DNA of 63,198 bases, the filler included, from Dugesia japonica (Eukaryota), in assembly GCA_001938525.1 (NCBI GenBank). It is 6 parts of 6 records of this genome, joined end to end, with 100 filler letters (N's around TTAATTAATTAA, not from the genome) between each part and the next. Parts side by side here need not be neighbours in the genome. Positions count along the whole stretch, not along the records: positions 1 to 9,058 come from MQRL01641261.1; positions 9,159 to 23,045 come from MQRL01617907.1; 4 more parts are not named here. One strand, given 5' to 3'. Position numbers and translations under genes: made by a program. A model generated the notes under the pieces. The model was not told the origin of the DNA. It was given only the letters and a program-made list of their open reading frames with translations, and made no database searches. Shown piece by piece: positions 1 through 11,708 of this stretch (position 1 is the first letter of the stretch; the number at the start of each line of letters is the position of its first letter).

Positions 1-13
1 AATAAAAGGTAAA

Positions 14-394
14 ATGATAAAGTTAAAAGATATATTTTATTTTTATCTTAAAGAACAATTTACTATTAATATATTACTAAATATTAATTATAAAATTTAT
101 TTTAGGATGATATGTTTTTCTAAAGAAAGTTTTAATTATATCATAAGAATTAATCATCTTGCAGTATCATTTTTATATATTAAACAGAAATATGATTCAT
201 TTGATATTAAAGTAGAAAGCANNNNNNNNNNNNNNNNNNNNNNNNNNNNNNNNNNNNNNNNNNNNNNNNNNNNAAATATTAATATTCATCAAATATCTTT
301 TGGAAGAAAAGAATATCCAAAATTACCTATTATTAATACAGATAAATTTAACTTTGCTTATCATAGTTATAAAGATAAAAAACCTAAATTTTAG
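14..394 (+). pseudogene. Fragment of a Polinton structural-type protein (possibly capsid-related)
   Basis: NIHQISFGRKEYPKLPI..FAYHSY loosely parallels SIQIQLNNTYYPINE..FPYTEY in the MCP at 4528-5790; interrupted by an N gap. Confidence 0.3.
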
Positions 395-403
395 TTAGTA
401 AAA

Positions 404-1068
404 ATGGAAGATGAAAATAATTTATATCCTAGTCTACGTGATGAATTCTCCGGAGGCGAGCTACATGATGAATACACCATACGAGATTTAAAAAATAAAC
501 TGTCATTATCTAGAATAAGAGATTTTGAAAATGATTTATACTTTATTAAAGATAAAATAAAACATTATAGAAAAATATATAAAAGATGGAATAGAATAGA
601 TTCAAGTATTAANNNNNNNNNNNNNNNNNNNNNNNNNNNNNNNNNNNNNNNNNNNNNNNNNNNNNNNNNNNNNNNNNNNNNNNNNNNNNNNNNNNNNNNN
701 NNNNNNNNNNNNNNNNNNNNNNNNNNNNNNNNNNNNNNNNNNNNNNNNNNNNNNNNNNNNNNNNNNNNNNNNNNNNNNNNNNNNNNNNNNNNNNNNNNNN
801 NNNNNNNNNNNNNNNNNNNNNNNNNNNNNNNNNNNNNNNNNNNNAAGTTAAAAATAAATTATTTCTATTTCAACAGAAAGCTGTTCATGATGAGATTTTA
901 ACTGATGAAGAATTAAATTTTAGTAAGAACATGGTAAATGAAGTTCATGAAATGATATCAGTAACAAAAAAACAAAAAATTAAACATGAAGATGTTAATT
1001 TAAAAATGTTAGTAGAAAATCAAACTAAAGTTATAAATGAGATGCGCGCTAAACTTGGCTTGTCTTAA
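404..1068 (+). CDS. Conserved Polinton/adintovirus accessory protein (NLYPxL N-terminus, helical; possibly the membrane-active protein-X type)
   Basis: MEDENNLYPSL..LSRIRDF..KHYRKIYKRWNRID before the gap; after the gap another frame reads KAVHDEILTDEELNF..MRAKLGLS* (TAA 1066-1068); the central part is N. Confidence 0.55.
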
Positions 1069-1113
1069 GACGCATGCGTATTTATGATCAAAATTTTTAT
1101 TTAAGAAATCGCT

Positions 1114-1509
1114 ATGCTGGCCTTCGGACAAATGGAGCGCAATATGAAAAATGTAATAGATAAAATTGAACAAGTAATACCTTTAATAAAGTCTGGTGAA
1201 TATAATAATAACATAAAACAAGAATTAAAAAATTTAATATTAACATTAGAGGAATATGTATATGATAAACAAAATGAATATGAAATTAAAAATGTGGAAA
1301 TAAGAAATAAGAAAAGAAAATATCCAGCTCTAGAAGATTATGAACTTCCAAAATTTGATTTAACACTTCAACCAAAAGCTGTACAAATCGCTTCGCCACC
1401 AAATTTAAATAATAATAAGGAAATAAAAGCAATAAAAAAAGCAATGAAAGATGGAAAAAAATTAGAAAAGAAGATACACCAATTGATGATGAAGATGGTG
1501 TTAAAATGA
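1114..1509 (+). CDS. Polinton accessory coiled-coil protein, possibly frameshifted from a single gene with 1506-2012
   Basis: 131-aa ORF overlapping the next ATG (ATGA); Lys/Glu-rich helical. Confidence 0.5.
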   Translation: MLAFGQMERNMKNVIDKIEQVIPLIKSGEYNNNIKQELKNLILTLEEYVYDKQNEYEIKNVEIRNKKRKYPALEDYELPKFDLTLQPKAVQIASPPNLNNNKEIKAIKKAMKDGKKLEKKIHQLMMKMVLK

Positions 1510-2012
1510 GATTAAACCAACCACCATCATTTACAATGGAACTTTATTATTCTTTTAAAGATGAAGAAGGCGCTGAGCTGGACTACGTACAAAATGTTCC
1601 TGTTGAAATAAAAGATTTTAAAATAGAAAATTTTAGAGAACATTTTGAAATATTTTCAACACAAAAAGAAAAAAGTTTAATAGATTCATATATGTTGTGT
1701 TCTCAACAATTAACTATGTTAAAACGTGGAACATTATACTCATATGCGATGTTAGGATTAATATTAAGTATTTTAAAAGAAAGATTTAAAACTTCTAATG
1801 AATTTTTAAATTATCTTGCAGGATATGGAATTATTCACACATTGAGTTATATAAATAGATTAATTAGATTATCAAGAATCGTACATAGATGGCCTGATAT
1901 TATTAAAAGTAATTTATCATTTAGAAAGATTCAAGAACATGTTACTGAGATTGAAGAATTAATAGATTCAGAAAATCCAATGGTAACATATAAATTTTAT
2001 TTTTTAAAATAG
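1506..2012 (+). CDS. Polinton accessory helical, putative DNA-binding protein
   Basis: LGLILSILKERF..F..YL..SYINRLIRLSRIVHRWPDI..SNLS pattern typical of small Maverick ORFs. Confidence 0.55.
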   Translation: MRLNQPPSFTMELYYSFKDEEGAELDYVQNVPVEIKDFKIENFREHFEIFSTQKEKSLIDSYMLCSQQLTMLKRGTLYSYAMLGLILSILKERFKTSNEFLNYLAGYGIIHTLSYINRLIRLSRIVHRWPDIIKSNLSFRKIQEHVTEIEELIDSENPMVTYKFYFLK

Positions 2013-2774
2013 ATCATCTAACATTTCACCAGTTTCTTTGTTAAGGTAAAAATAATTATATTTAGTTTTCCAATGAAGATTTGTTTCATAGTCATATTCT
2101 AACTTATTATTAAAAATATAAGAAAACAATTCATGGTAAACATTATTTTTATCAGTTTTATTTAATTTAAAAAATATATAACAATTTGAATTATTTATAA
2201 TAGAGTTTTTATCTAAATCATAATATGTTTGGGAAATATAAATTACATTACAATTTGAATGTCTACCTCTAGTAAAATAACTTTTTTGAATCTCTTGATT
2301 CTTTTCATTAACTACATCATCAAAAATTATTAAATTTTTCTTTTCTCTTGAAAGTTTGTCGCATGAAATAATTTCATTAGGTTTATTTGATAATGTAACA
2401 TTCACCCAGTGGGACCCATTGCTCCTTTGTTTCTTGATAACTAATTTTTTATCTAAATAATAATTTATAACTTGATATGGGGTCGTGTAATGTTTTGGAA
2501 CTATATTTTGTTTTTCAAACATTAAATAAATTTCATCTTTATATAAACCATTTTCAAATCCTAAATATAACAGTTGAATTTCAAATTGATTGATTGTTGT
2601 GGAATAAAAAATTAATGTATCATAATCTAAAAAATCTGCAGTTAATAACATTTTCATTAATAAAATATTTTTACTACATCCTGAAGATTCTATTATTAAT
2701 AATCTAAAATTATTAGGTAATACTTTATTATTAAACTTTGTTAAATTATTATTCCAGACTAACGGAGTTGACAT
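2004..2774 (-). CDS. A32/FtsK-like genome packaging ATPase with degenerate Walker A
   Basis: RLLIIESSGCSKN (from GxSGCGKT), Walker B LIIFDD, TRGRHSNCNVIYISQ motif. Confidence 0.9.
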   Translation of the reverse strand: MSTPLVWNNNLTKFNNKVLPNNFRLLIIESSGCSKNILLMKMLLTADFLDYDTLIFYSTTINQFEIQLLYLGFENGLYKDEIYLMFEKQNIVPKHYTTPYQVINYYLDKKLVIKKQRSNGSHWVNVTLSNKPNEIISCDKLSREKKNLIIFDDVVNEKNQEIQKSYFTRGRHSNCNVIYISQTYYDLDKNSIINNSNCYIFFKLNKTDKNNVYHELFSYIFNNKLEYDYETNLHWKTKYNYFYLNKETGEMLDDLF

Positions 2775-2805
2775 TGATATTTTTTATATAGCATTTTTAA
2801 TTCAT

Positions 2806-2991
2806 CTAATTTTTTATCCATTTTTGATTTTTAGAACTTCGTTCTTCATCTAACAACTTTAATTCAAATAATAAAAAATTCTTTTTTTTATATAATTTTT
2901 CTAAATATAATTCATGATAAGTATTTTTTATTTCTTGATTTATTTTTCTTAATTTTGTTTCTAACATAAAATAATAATCATCATAATCCAT
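2806..2991 (-). CDS. Small Polinton hypothetical protein
   Basis: 61-aa ATG ORF co-oriented between the integrase and the ATPase. Confidence 0.4.
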   Translation of the reverse strand: MDYDDYYFMLETKLRKINQEIKNTYHELYLEKLYKKKNFLLFELKLLDEERSSKNQKWIKN

Positions 2992-3113
2992 TCTTTTTAT
3001 ATATTTATATTTTAATCCTAACCCATTTATTTTTTCATTTTAAATTTTTCATTTTACATTTTTCATTTTTCATTTTTCATTAAATGGTATTAAAACCCAC
3101 TTAGNGGGTTATA

Positions 3114-4421
3114 TTATAATGCCGATTTCTGTAATTCATTAGAATAAAATCTTCCTAAAATTNTGTTGCCGTTAAGATTTGAGATTTCAAATNTTATAGG
3201 TTGTTCATGATAAATTTTAGTAATAACATAAATTCTTTTTGACCATTTAAAAGTATAACCTTTTGGAAAAGTTTTTCCTATTTTAGTTATTCTAACTCTA
3301 TCTCCTATTTTAAATTTAAAATTTTCTTTGTAAACTTTTAGAATTTCTATTTCAACACTTTCTGGATTTTTTGTTGCTTCTTGAGGTGTAATATTAATTG
3401 CTGAATGTATTGTGTTGTTGTAATCATTTACAATTTCTTTTAACAACTCTAATGTGATATCTTGATTTCCAACGGCAGTAAAATGTTGAAAAAGCTTGTG
3501 TTTAAAAGTTCTATTAAATCTTTCAATGAAAACTGCCTTGCCATGATTTTCAGTTGAGTACATTTCAATTTCATTATTTTTACAGAAAGATTTAAAATGT
3601 TGATTATAAAATTCTTTACCTTTATCAACCCATAATTTATTTGGNNNNNNNNNNNNNNNNNNNNNNNNNNNNNNNNNNNNNNNNNNNNNNNNNNNNNNNN
3701 NNNNNNNNNNNGTTAATTCAACAAAAGCATATCTTGTGTAAAGATCTATAACTGTTAATATTACATTTTTACCTTTTCGTTCAACGCCTTGAAATATTAA
3801 ATCTGCAGACCAAATGTCATTTTTAGCATAAACAATTACTTTTCTAAAATGTTTAGGGGTTTTAAAATCCTTATGAAGTTCTTTTGATAATGTTAAATTT
3901 GGTTCGTCTTCATTTTCAGATTCTTCATCTATAATTGTACTTTTTTTAAATGGATCTTTTTAAGTTCCTCCTTGTCCAATAATTATTTTACCTTTCATTG
4001 CTAATTTAACTAAAGCTCTTTGAAACTTTTCTGTTGTTGTTAGATTTTGAATGTTATTAAGACCATGTATTAAATTTACATCTGCTATTTGTCGATCTCT
4101 TATGTTTTCTGAAATATAACTAATGTCATGTTTTAATGCCGCTTCATCTACTTTATTAATTGGCTCTTCTCCAGGTTTTGGAATATTATTTTCATCTTAT
4201 CTAATATCTAATCGTGTTCCAAGTCCTGTGTAATTATGTTTAAATAAATGTCTTTCCTCAGGATATTTTTCTGTTGTTATTGGTTTTAATAATGTAGATA
4301 TAACGTTTGAATTTTATAGGTCGCCTCCTTTATATTTATTTATACATAAATCTAAATGTCTTGATTTATTTTTCTTTAAAATTATTTTACCACATTTTTC
4401 ACAAATAAAATTTTTACTCAT
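3114..4421 (-). pseudogene. int: Zn-finger + parvovirus-type phospholipase A2 (PLA2X) + retroviral-like DDE integrase in one reading frame
   Basis: From ATG 4421: CEKCGK..HLDLC; HNYTGLGTRL..PINKVDEAALKHDISY..R.IAD (PLA2); SKELHK..WSADL..TVIDLYTRYAF..LWVDKGKEF..IERFNRT (D,D,E); FKIGDRVRI. Three in-frame TAA stops (4314-16, 4197-99, 3960-62). Confidence 0.9.
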
Positions 4422-4527
4422 TTATTATATTTAACATTTATCATTTTACATTTAACATTTTTATATTTTAATTTTAACATTTATCATTTAGAACTAAAAC
4501 ATAGATCACTTCGTGATCATTTAATAT

Positions 4528-5790
4528 TTATTTAACATCAACTCCTCTTACATTTTCAATCATGACAACTTTACTATTAGATAATTTCATCTCAACGTGT
4601 TTCTCTTCAAGTATACACCAATAAATAGTACCTTTAAAATCTGGATCTTTTGTTAAATGAAGTGTTACATCAACATTATTAATATTCATTTTGTCATCAT
4701 GAGAAATTACATCAAAACAAAATATAGGATAAAGATTACCGAAATCTATTAATGATAATTGAGGCTCTGTTAAAAACTCATGACAACATTTTACATATTC
4801 CGTGTAAGGAAATATCTTCTCATTATTTTCCATGTTAACTTTACACTCGTTAATTGGGTAATAAGTATTGTTCAATTGTATTTGTATAGATTTTAAATAA
4901 TAATTTTTTATTACTTCAACTTCTGGATTTCCTTCTTTAACTTTTTTAGTTCTTTTCTGAATAAATAGATTATTATTTTTTTCATTTGAAATTACAGTAT
5001 CTTTTATGCAAATAAAAATATATCTAGGTTGATATGCAAGACTGTTAGTTTTAATTGAATAATATCCTCCGCCATCTAAATTTGATTTAGCAGTTATGCG
5101 ATTTAAATAAGAAACTTTAATGGGTTTATCTGTAGCAATTCTTTCTAATAAAATTAATTCTTTTCTAGGTAATAATCTAAATTCTGGAATGTGTAATTCT
5201 AAAGTTACTAATTTTAATTTTGCTGTATCATCTTTTTCTCCATAAAATAATAATTTATCGTTCATTTGACGGTTACATGTAAACTCTATCATTGTGTTAT
5301 ATAAAAGGCGATTATAAATTTGCATAAATCCAAATAAATTTCTTAATTGAAAATAACCTTCAAATTTTTTACTTGAATATAATTTCTTTCTAATTTTATA
5401 ACTATTAGTTTTTAAATCACCATCATCAATATCTGGAATTCATCCTGACATTTGTCCATATTCTTTTTTCCATTTTTCAGTTGTAGATATTAAATTTAAC
5501 ATTGTAGAAATTATGTTGATCCTAATGTTAGCCTCATAGATTTAAATAAACTAGGAAAAAAGTTATTCTCCAATGTTATTTTATTTACATCTGCAACTGT
5601 TGTCTCAATTCTAAAGTATAATAATGAATTGCAAATATCAAGTGGGTTTGTAGATTGAAGAGATTGGAATACAATGTCACCACTTGCATTTAAATTATTT
5701 ATTGAACCTGATGAAGGTGAAATTTTTAATGTCATTTTTAATGGACGTATGTGAAAATTCAATATTATTATCTAGATCTAGCTTACTCAT
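4528..5790 (-). pseudogene. Double-jelly-roll major capsid protein (Polinton PY/hexon-like), frameshifted
   Basis: ATG 5790; LENNFFPSLF..MRL, GFMQIY, LELHIP, PRYIFI, IQIQLNNTYYP, LYPIFCFDV; ORFs 5511-5762 and 4528-5325 are pieces of a ~420-codon gene. Confidence 0.8.
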
Positions 5791-5942
5791 TTATTAAATA
5801 TAAAATTGAAAACTAAAGATATTATTAGAGCAATTAACAAAAAATAAATAAAATATTTTTGATGTTGAACTTTTGAATTTAATTTTCTTGTGTTATTTAT
5901 AAAACTTGTCAACTCATTAGTTTTTATTTCTACGACCATTTC

Positions 5943-6308
5943 TTAAAGCAATTGTTTAGATTTTGCTTTTGTTCTACGTAAAGCATTTAATACTATTGTA
6001 TTTTTATTTGCATCTTGTTCACTTTTTTTAGTTGTAATTAATTTATTAATTTTTTCTTCATCGTATTCATCCATACTAATTATTTTTTCTTTTAATACAC
6101 CATTTTCCATTTTTAAATCAGATATTGTATCTCTTACCACAACCATTGCTTCTTTATATAATTGATATTGAGGAAAAACATTTCTTAATAATACATCTTT
6201 TTCTTTTGCAGAAGAATGTACTACCGTCTTATAATCATCGTTTAATTGTTTTCTCAACTCTTTGTCTTGTTTGATATCTTCCAATAAATCCTCCATTTTA
6301 TAAAGCAT
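5943..6308 (-). CDS. Polinton hypothetical coiled-coil protein
   Basis: Intact ORF overlapping the upstream gene, same strand as the capsid block. Confidence 0.5.
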   Translation of the reverse strand: MLYKMEDLLEDIKQDKELRKQLNDDYKTVVHSSAKEKDVLLRNVFPQYQLYKEAMVVVRDTISDLKMENGVLKEKIISMDEYDEEKINKLITTKKSEQDANKNTIVLNALRRTKAKSKQLL

Positions 6309-6840
6309 TTTTATGGGCGTTAAAAGATTTTTCTATCTCATCTTCATATTTTTCATCTTCAACATTTTCTATTTTACCTGCAACATTTACACTTGCACTT
6401 GCATTATTTACTCTTTTTCTTTTTACAGGAACTTTATCTGATCTCATTTCATTTCTTTTTTCTGTTAATGTTATTTTTAATTTCTCTTCTGGAATTAATT
6501 CAAATTTATTTGTTTTAACATTAAAGCAATAATTTCCATATTGATTTTTAATAAATATATTTGTTTTTTCATCATAAGAATATTTTAATCTATGATATCT
6601 TTTTCTTTGAGATTTTAAATTTAAATCTTTTAATGCTTTATTTAACATGATGGATGTCACACCAAGTTCATGAGCTATATCACAATCTTTCATATTTGGA
6701 TTTTTCATTTTAATTTCTTCATATCTTGCTATCAAACAAATCTTTACAGATTTTTTAAATAAATCAGAATTATAATTATTCGCACATTTCATGTTCTTTT
6801 CAACATTTTCACATGTTATTTTTTCATATTCTAATGCCAT
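6298..6840 (-). CDS. Helix-turn-helix DNA-binding protein (Polinton accessory)
   Basis: IKMKNPNMKDCDIAHELGVTSIMLNKALKDLNL HTH-like segment; basic NLS-like VKRKR. Confidence 0.65.
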   Translation of the reverse strand: MALEYEKITCENVEKNMKCANNYNSDLFKKSVKICLIARYEEIKMKNPNMKDCDIAHELGVTSIMLNKALKDLNLKSQRKRYHRLKYSYDEKTNIFIKNQYGNYCFNVKTNKFELIPEEKLKITLTEKRNEMRSDKVPVKRKRVNNASASVNVAGKIENVEDEKYEDEIEKSFNAHKNAL

Positions 6841-6974
6841 TAGTACTTTTTCTATAGCAAAATAATAGCCACTTTGTAGGCACTTTATAGCCGCTTATTA
6901 TTCCTCTTAAATTCTTATGTAAAATTTTTTATGCAAAATCTTTGCGCTCGACATTTTTTATAAAATATTTTTCA

Positions 6975-7165
6975 CTTAATATTTTTCGGTATGGAATTTT
7001 CACTGATATTTTTTACTCAAAATCGGACATTTAAAATCGGACATTTAAAATCTGTGGCTGAGTTTGGGTTGTTCATTTTTCGGTATGGAATTTTCACTGA
7101 TATTTTTTACTCAAAATCAGACATCTAAAATTGGACATCTGAAATCTGGAACGGTGGCTGAGTTT
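6975..7165. repeat. Two tandem ~95-bp copies with internal aaaatcggacattt units
   Basis: tttttcggtatggaattttcactgatattttttactcaaaatc at ~6982 and ~7076. Confidence 0.85.
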
Positions 7166-7179
7166 ACGTCCTTCTCCAT

Positions 7180-7545
7180 CTACTTATATGTTAATAGCTG
7201 ATAATAGTAAGTATTGAATATGTTAAGAGCTGTTGATAGCGAGTATTATATACATGTTAATAGTTGTTGATGGCGCGTATTATGTATTAAGACTTGATAA
7301 AAGCTAATATTGTACTGTTTTTATGTTAAGACTTGTTAATAGCGAGTATTCCATATGCTAATCGTTGTTGATAGCTAGTTTTGTATATGTTAAGAGCTGT
7401 TGATAGCGAGTATTGTGTATTTTAATACTTACTGATAGCGAATATTATGTATGTTTAAACTTGGTGATAGCGAGAGTTGTGTACTATGACTTAAATCTTA
7501 AGATAACTAATATTATACTAAGTATGATTAATAGGTGACTAATAT
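7180..7545. repeat. Degenerate ~31-33-bp tandem array
   Basis: Recurring tatgttaagagctgttgatagcgagtatt unit. Confidence 0.8.
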
Positions 7546-9058
7546 ANNNNNNNNNNNNNNNNNNNNNNNNNNNNNNNNNNNNNNNNNNNNNNNNNNNNNN
7601 NNNNNNNNNNNNNNNNNNNNNNNNNNNNNNNNNNNNNNNNNNNNNNNNNNNNNNNNNGTACAATTGATTGAGTGAACAATTGGTAGATTGTATATATTCA
7701 CTTGTCAGTATTAGAGTCATTATTACAGAAAGGTATAAGTAAATTTTAACTAACTTTAGAAAAACTTTGTAGAAATTTTGACTAGTTTTAAAAAAGTTCA
7801 TGTAAATTTTCAAAGATTTTAAAAAAGTTCTAGTAAATTTTAGAATTATTTTCCCGCTCTTTTACATTGGATTTTTGAGAGGGTTAGAAAAATTCCTATA
7901 AATTTTGACTAATTTTAAAAAGGTTATAGTAAATTTTAAACAATGTTTTAAAAGTTTGTGTAATTTTTCAACGATTAGAAAAATGTTCTAGTAAATTTTT
8001 ATCAATTTTAATCATGTAAATTTCAGATAAAATTATTTGAGTTCATGTTAATTTGATAATACTATCTCACTCTTTGTTGTCACCATAAGCATTAGCTTCC
8101 TCTCACTCTTGTTTATTTTTCTAACTTAATACAATGAAACATATTAAAGAATAAAGTAAAACCTAACTTTGATTAGAAATAATTGAATAAGTATTTTTTA
8201 TTTGTCATTATGTTTTTCTAAATAATAAATTATAATGTAGTGGAGACTACTTACAACAATCGCTTTAATAAATAAATTTGTTTTAATGGTCTTAAATTCA
8301 ATGATAAAATCAATAGTTTCATTATAAAACCCATATTTTCTTCTTAAAACCAGTATTTTCATGATAAAATCCCTGTTTTCCATTAAACCTATATTTTTAA
8401 TGTTGAATCAAGTATTTCTAATCATACGATCCGTATTTTTTATTTTAAACTCATATTTTCTAACAACTTTACTGATAATAAGGTATTTAAATAAAAATAA
8501 ACCCATGAAAACCANNNNNNNNNNNNNNNNNNNNNNNNNNNNNNNNNNNNNNNNNNNNNNNNNNNNNNNNNNNNNNNNNAATAAGATGATGAAAATATAC
8601 TGAAATAGTTATATTATTTTAAATAAAAAGCATATCATACTAGGTCTCACTCACTCTTATTGTCTTCTTTATTAATATATGACCCTTTTTAAAGATTAGT
8701 GAAGTGAGGTATTTTCATATGAAGTGAAAATATACATTAAGACACAATAGAAAATAAGAGGAAATATAGCTAAATATCTCTAAATAGAGGTAAATCAGAT
8801 AAATAGGGGTAAATCAGGCAAATAGGGGTAAATGTTGGTAAATGACTAAAAATATGGTAAAATATGGTAAAAAAAGATGAATTGTGTATAAATTAAACAT
8901 ATTAGATGACTATGTATATAATAAATGCAGTATAATTACTGAATTGGTTTATTCTATTAAATATTTTATATGACCAAACCAGTCTTTCTATGTTAAACTT
9001 TTATTTTCAATAAGTCTATAACTTTTTTATGATAAAGCTAGTACTTTCAGCGATGAAC

Positions 9059-9158
9059 NNNNNNNNNNNNNNNNNNNNNNNNNNNNNNNNNNNNNNNNNN
9101 NNTTAATTAATTAANNNNNNNNNNNNNNNNNNNNNNNNNNNNNNNNNNNNNNNNNNNN
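9059..9158. other. Artificial scaffold spacer N44-TTAATTAATTAA-N44 (also 23046-23145, 31452-31551, 42222-42321, 54068-54167)
   Basis: Identical 100-bp construct five times; the 12-mer has stops in all six frames. Confidence 0.97.
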
Positions 9159-9423
9159 AACTGCTGACAAATATGTTTTCCTTCGACTAAAGTTAAAATT
9201 GAGACTTCAAATTTATTCTCTGAATGTACGTAACTGAATTTAGATTTCGGTAGTTTTTAGTGTGGTTATTAGTAGTTTTTGCAGTTTTTACTCTGAATTT
9301 CGACTAAAACTGGGGCTCATTTTCTTAGCACCCCAACTCGTTTTCGATTTGCCGGGATTTTTAGAACGGCTCTTTTTCAATTTTATTGGTGCTAGCACCG
9401 ATTTTCTGAATTTCTCTATGAAT

Positions 9424-9942
9424 TTTGGTGCCATGATTGGCGACTATTTTTAGAGCAGCACCTGACATCGGTGTCTTTGTTTTATTTTTATTTTCTGGCT
9501 GCTCATTGGTCGAATCTTAGAATCCTTACCATACCCCTCTGGAAGGTGGTACGTTTTTCTTTTTTAGTGTTATAATTGCACCTATTTGTTCTCTGTGCAG
9601 TTTTTCTTGTTTGAACTTCCTCCGACGTTTGGGACCGGAGTTATCCGCAAAAAACATNNNNNNNNNNNNNNNNNNNNNNNNNNNNNNNNNNNNNNNNNNN
9701 NNNNNNNTTTTGGTGCCATGATTGGCGACTATTTTTAGAGCAGCACCTGACATCGGTGGCTTTGTCTTATTTTTATTTTCTATCTGCTTATTGGTCGGAT
9801 CTTAGAATCCCTACCATACCCCTCTGGAAGGTGGTACGTTTTTCTTTTTTAAGGTTCTAATTGCACCGATTTGTTCTCTGTGCAGTTTTTCTTGTTTGAA
9901 CTTCTTCCGACGTTTAGGACCGGAGTTATCCGCAAAAAACAT
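9424..9942. repeat. Tandem ~235-bp duplication (9424-9657 and 9708-9942), probably a non-autonomous transposon piece
   Basis: ttttggtgccatgattggcgac..ggaccggagttatccgcaaaaaacat present twice with scattered substitutions. Confidence 0.85.
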
Positions 9943-11159
9943 ATTTTTAACTAATTTTGTTTATTTTTTTTGTACGAAATTAATTAATTTTTTCATATTA
10001 ATTAATTATTTTCTATAATATTTTTTCTTGTTAATTCNNNNNNNNNNNNNNNNNNNNNNNNNNNNNNNNNNNNNNNNNNNNNNNNNNATTAATTTTTCTT
10101 AATTATTGTTCATAAGTGGCTTCTATTTTCCCCGCATTTTCTTTATTTTAACTTCATTTCCCTTTCATGGTGCTTTTGTGCTTTATTTCTTTCCATGTAA
10201 CTTCCGATTTTTTGCGGGTGTTTCACCCCAACAATCGTATAAAATTTTTTTTTGATCTGATTAGTTTATTTGATTATGTTGGTGTGTGTATTTTTAAATT
10301 TTAAAATTTGTGTGTTTGGGTTGTTAAGGGGGTTAATTTAAAGTAGGTCAAGTTGATTTTGTGTGTGTGTGTGTGAAAGAAGGGTTTTGAATCCGAGTGG
10401 GAGCTCGAGATCTTGGAATTAATTTTTTCGGGGTTTTTAAGATTTGGTTGTGGTTGGACAAAAAGTTGGTCTATATATTGTCTAAAGGACTTATGAGGTT
10501 GAATGGATGTTTTTTGCTAGAAGGGTAGTGGCGCCAGGGCACAGTAGTACTAGAGTTATCGTGGCATGTTTTTTGAGAGGTTATAGGTTTGTATGGGGTT
10601 GTTGGAATTTGTTGGTTGATGGGTTGATGGAAAGATAATGTGATGGAGAATATTTTTTATGTCGAATGTGCTTTGATTTTTGATTTTAAAGGGTTGAATT
10701 TGATTTTTGATATTTGCAAGTAGTATAAGTGTGTTAAAAAAATTTCATAAGGGGGAAAAAGGTATGGGTGGAAAGAGAATTAATTATCAGGTTTTTTAAG
10801 ATTTATTTGAAATTTTTCTAACTGGCAATGTGAAGTAATAAATATTTGAAATCTTTTTTTGTGTAAAAATGCTGTATTTTCCTTAAAATGATGAATTATT
10901 AGAAAGTAATAGTATTTTTGAGTATGTTTTGAGTATTTTTGGATAGGAAGTGTGGTTTTTAATATTCTTTGATGGGGGAAGAAGGGAGCCTTGATTTTTT
11001 TCGAGAGAAAATATTTTTTAGCGGGAAATTTAAAAAAAATTTTGGCAAGAAATTCAAAAAAATCTTTGGTGGGGCAAATTTTTTTAAAAATTTAATTAAA
11101 TTATATTTATTTAAATTTACTTTAATTAAATTAATTTCTTTTCGAAGATTTAATATTTA

Positions 11160-11515
11160 TGTATGAGATGGGACAGTCTTGATATTTTGCAAGAGACGAG
11201 GGGAGTCTCTATATTTAGCATTGTATGAGAGAAGTCTCTTGAAGGAAGTCTATATTTAACATGAGATTGGACAGGCTTGATATTTTGAAAGCAATGGGGA
11301 AGTCTAAAATTCATAGGTACGTGATTTTCATTGTATGTGTGTTGCATCTGAGTTGCACCTGAGTTGCATCTAAGTTGCATACTTATTCCATTTAATAAAA
11401 TTTTATTTAAAAAATCAATAAAAATTCCGAGGCACGTGATTTTCATTGTATGTGTGTTGCATCTGAGTTGCATCTTAATTGCATATCTATTGCATACACA
11501 CTGCATTCATTAATA
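11160..11515. repeat. Nested direct repeats with 11-bp gttgcatctga units
   Basis: cgtgattttcattgtatgtgtgttgcatctgagttgca at ~11320 and ~11435; atgaga(t/c)tggacag..ttgatattttg twice. Confidence 0.8.
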
Positions 11516-11708
11516 AAAAACTATTTACAATAAGAAACATTTATAACAACAACTATTTTTCTTTTCTTCTTCTTTAACTGTTACTTTCTTTAGATGGATT
11601 TCTATGGGTTCCTGGTTTGTCTGTCTCTTCTACAACCAATGAAATTATACATACACACACAATAAGTATACAAATAGATATTCTTTTAAATATTTCATTA
11701 TTTTTAAA

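Larger units (their letters stand above)
1..9058. mobile_element. Decaying Polinton/Maverick (adintovirus-like) endogenous element: capsid, ATPase, PLA2-integrase module plus subterminal repeat region; both ends lie outside the scaffold or window
   Basis: Densely packed intronless ORFs, including an A32-like ATPase, a c-integrase, a parvovirus-type PLA2 and an MCP-like gene; followed by tandem-repeat DNA at 6950-9058. Confidence 0.9.

Noticed and set aside
3960-4316. Alternative genetic code suggested by three in-frame TAA codons
   Set aside because: Context implies different original residues (e.g. Leu in R-L-D), neighbouring genes have frameshifts, and other genes end in TAA; ordinary decay suffices.
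9103-9114. Perfect TTAATTAATTAA palindrome recurring five times
   Set aside because: Always centred in 44+44 Ns: an assembly concatenation linker, not biology.
10126-10135. Fourth E2F site
   Set aside because: The sequence is TTTTCCCCGC, not the canonical TTTCCCGC.
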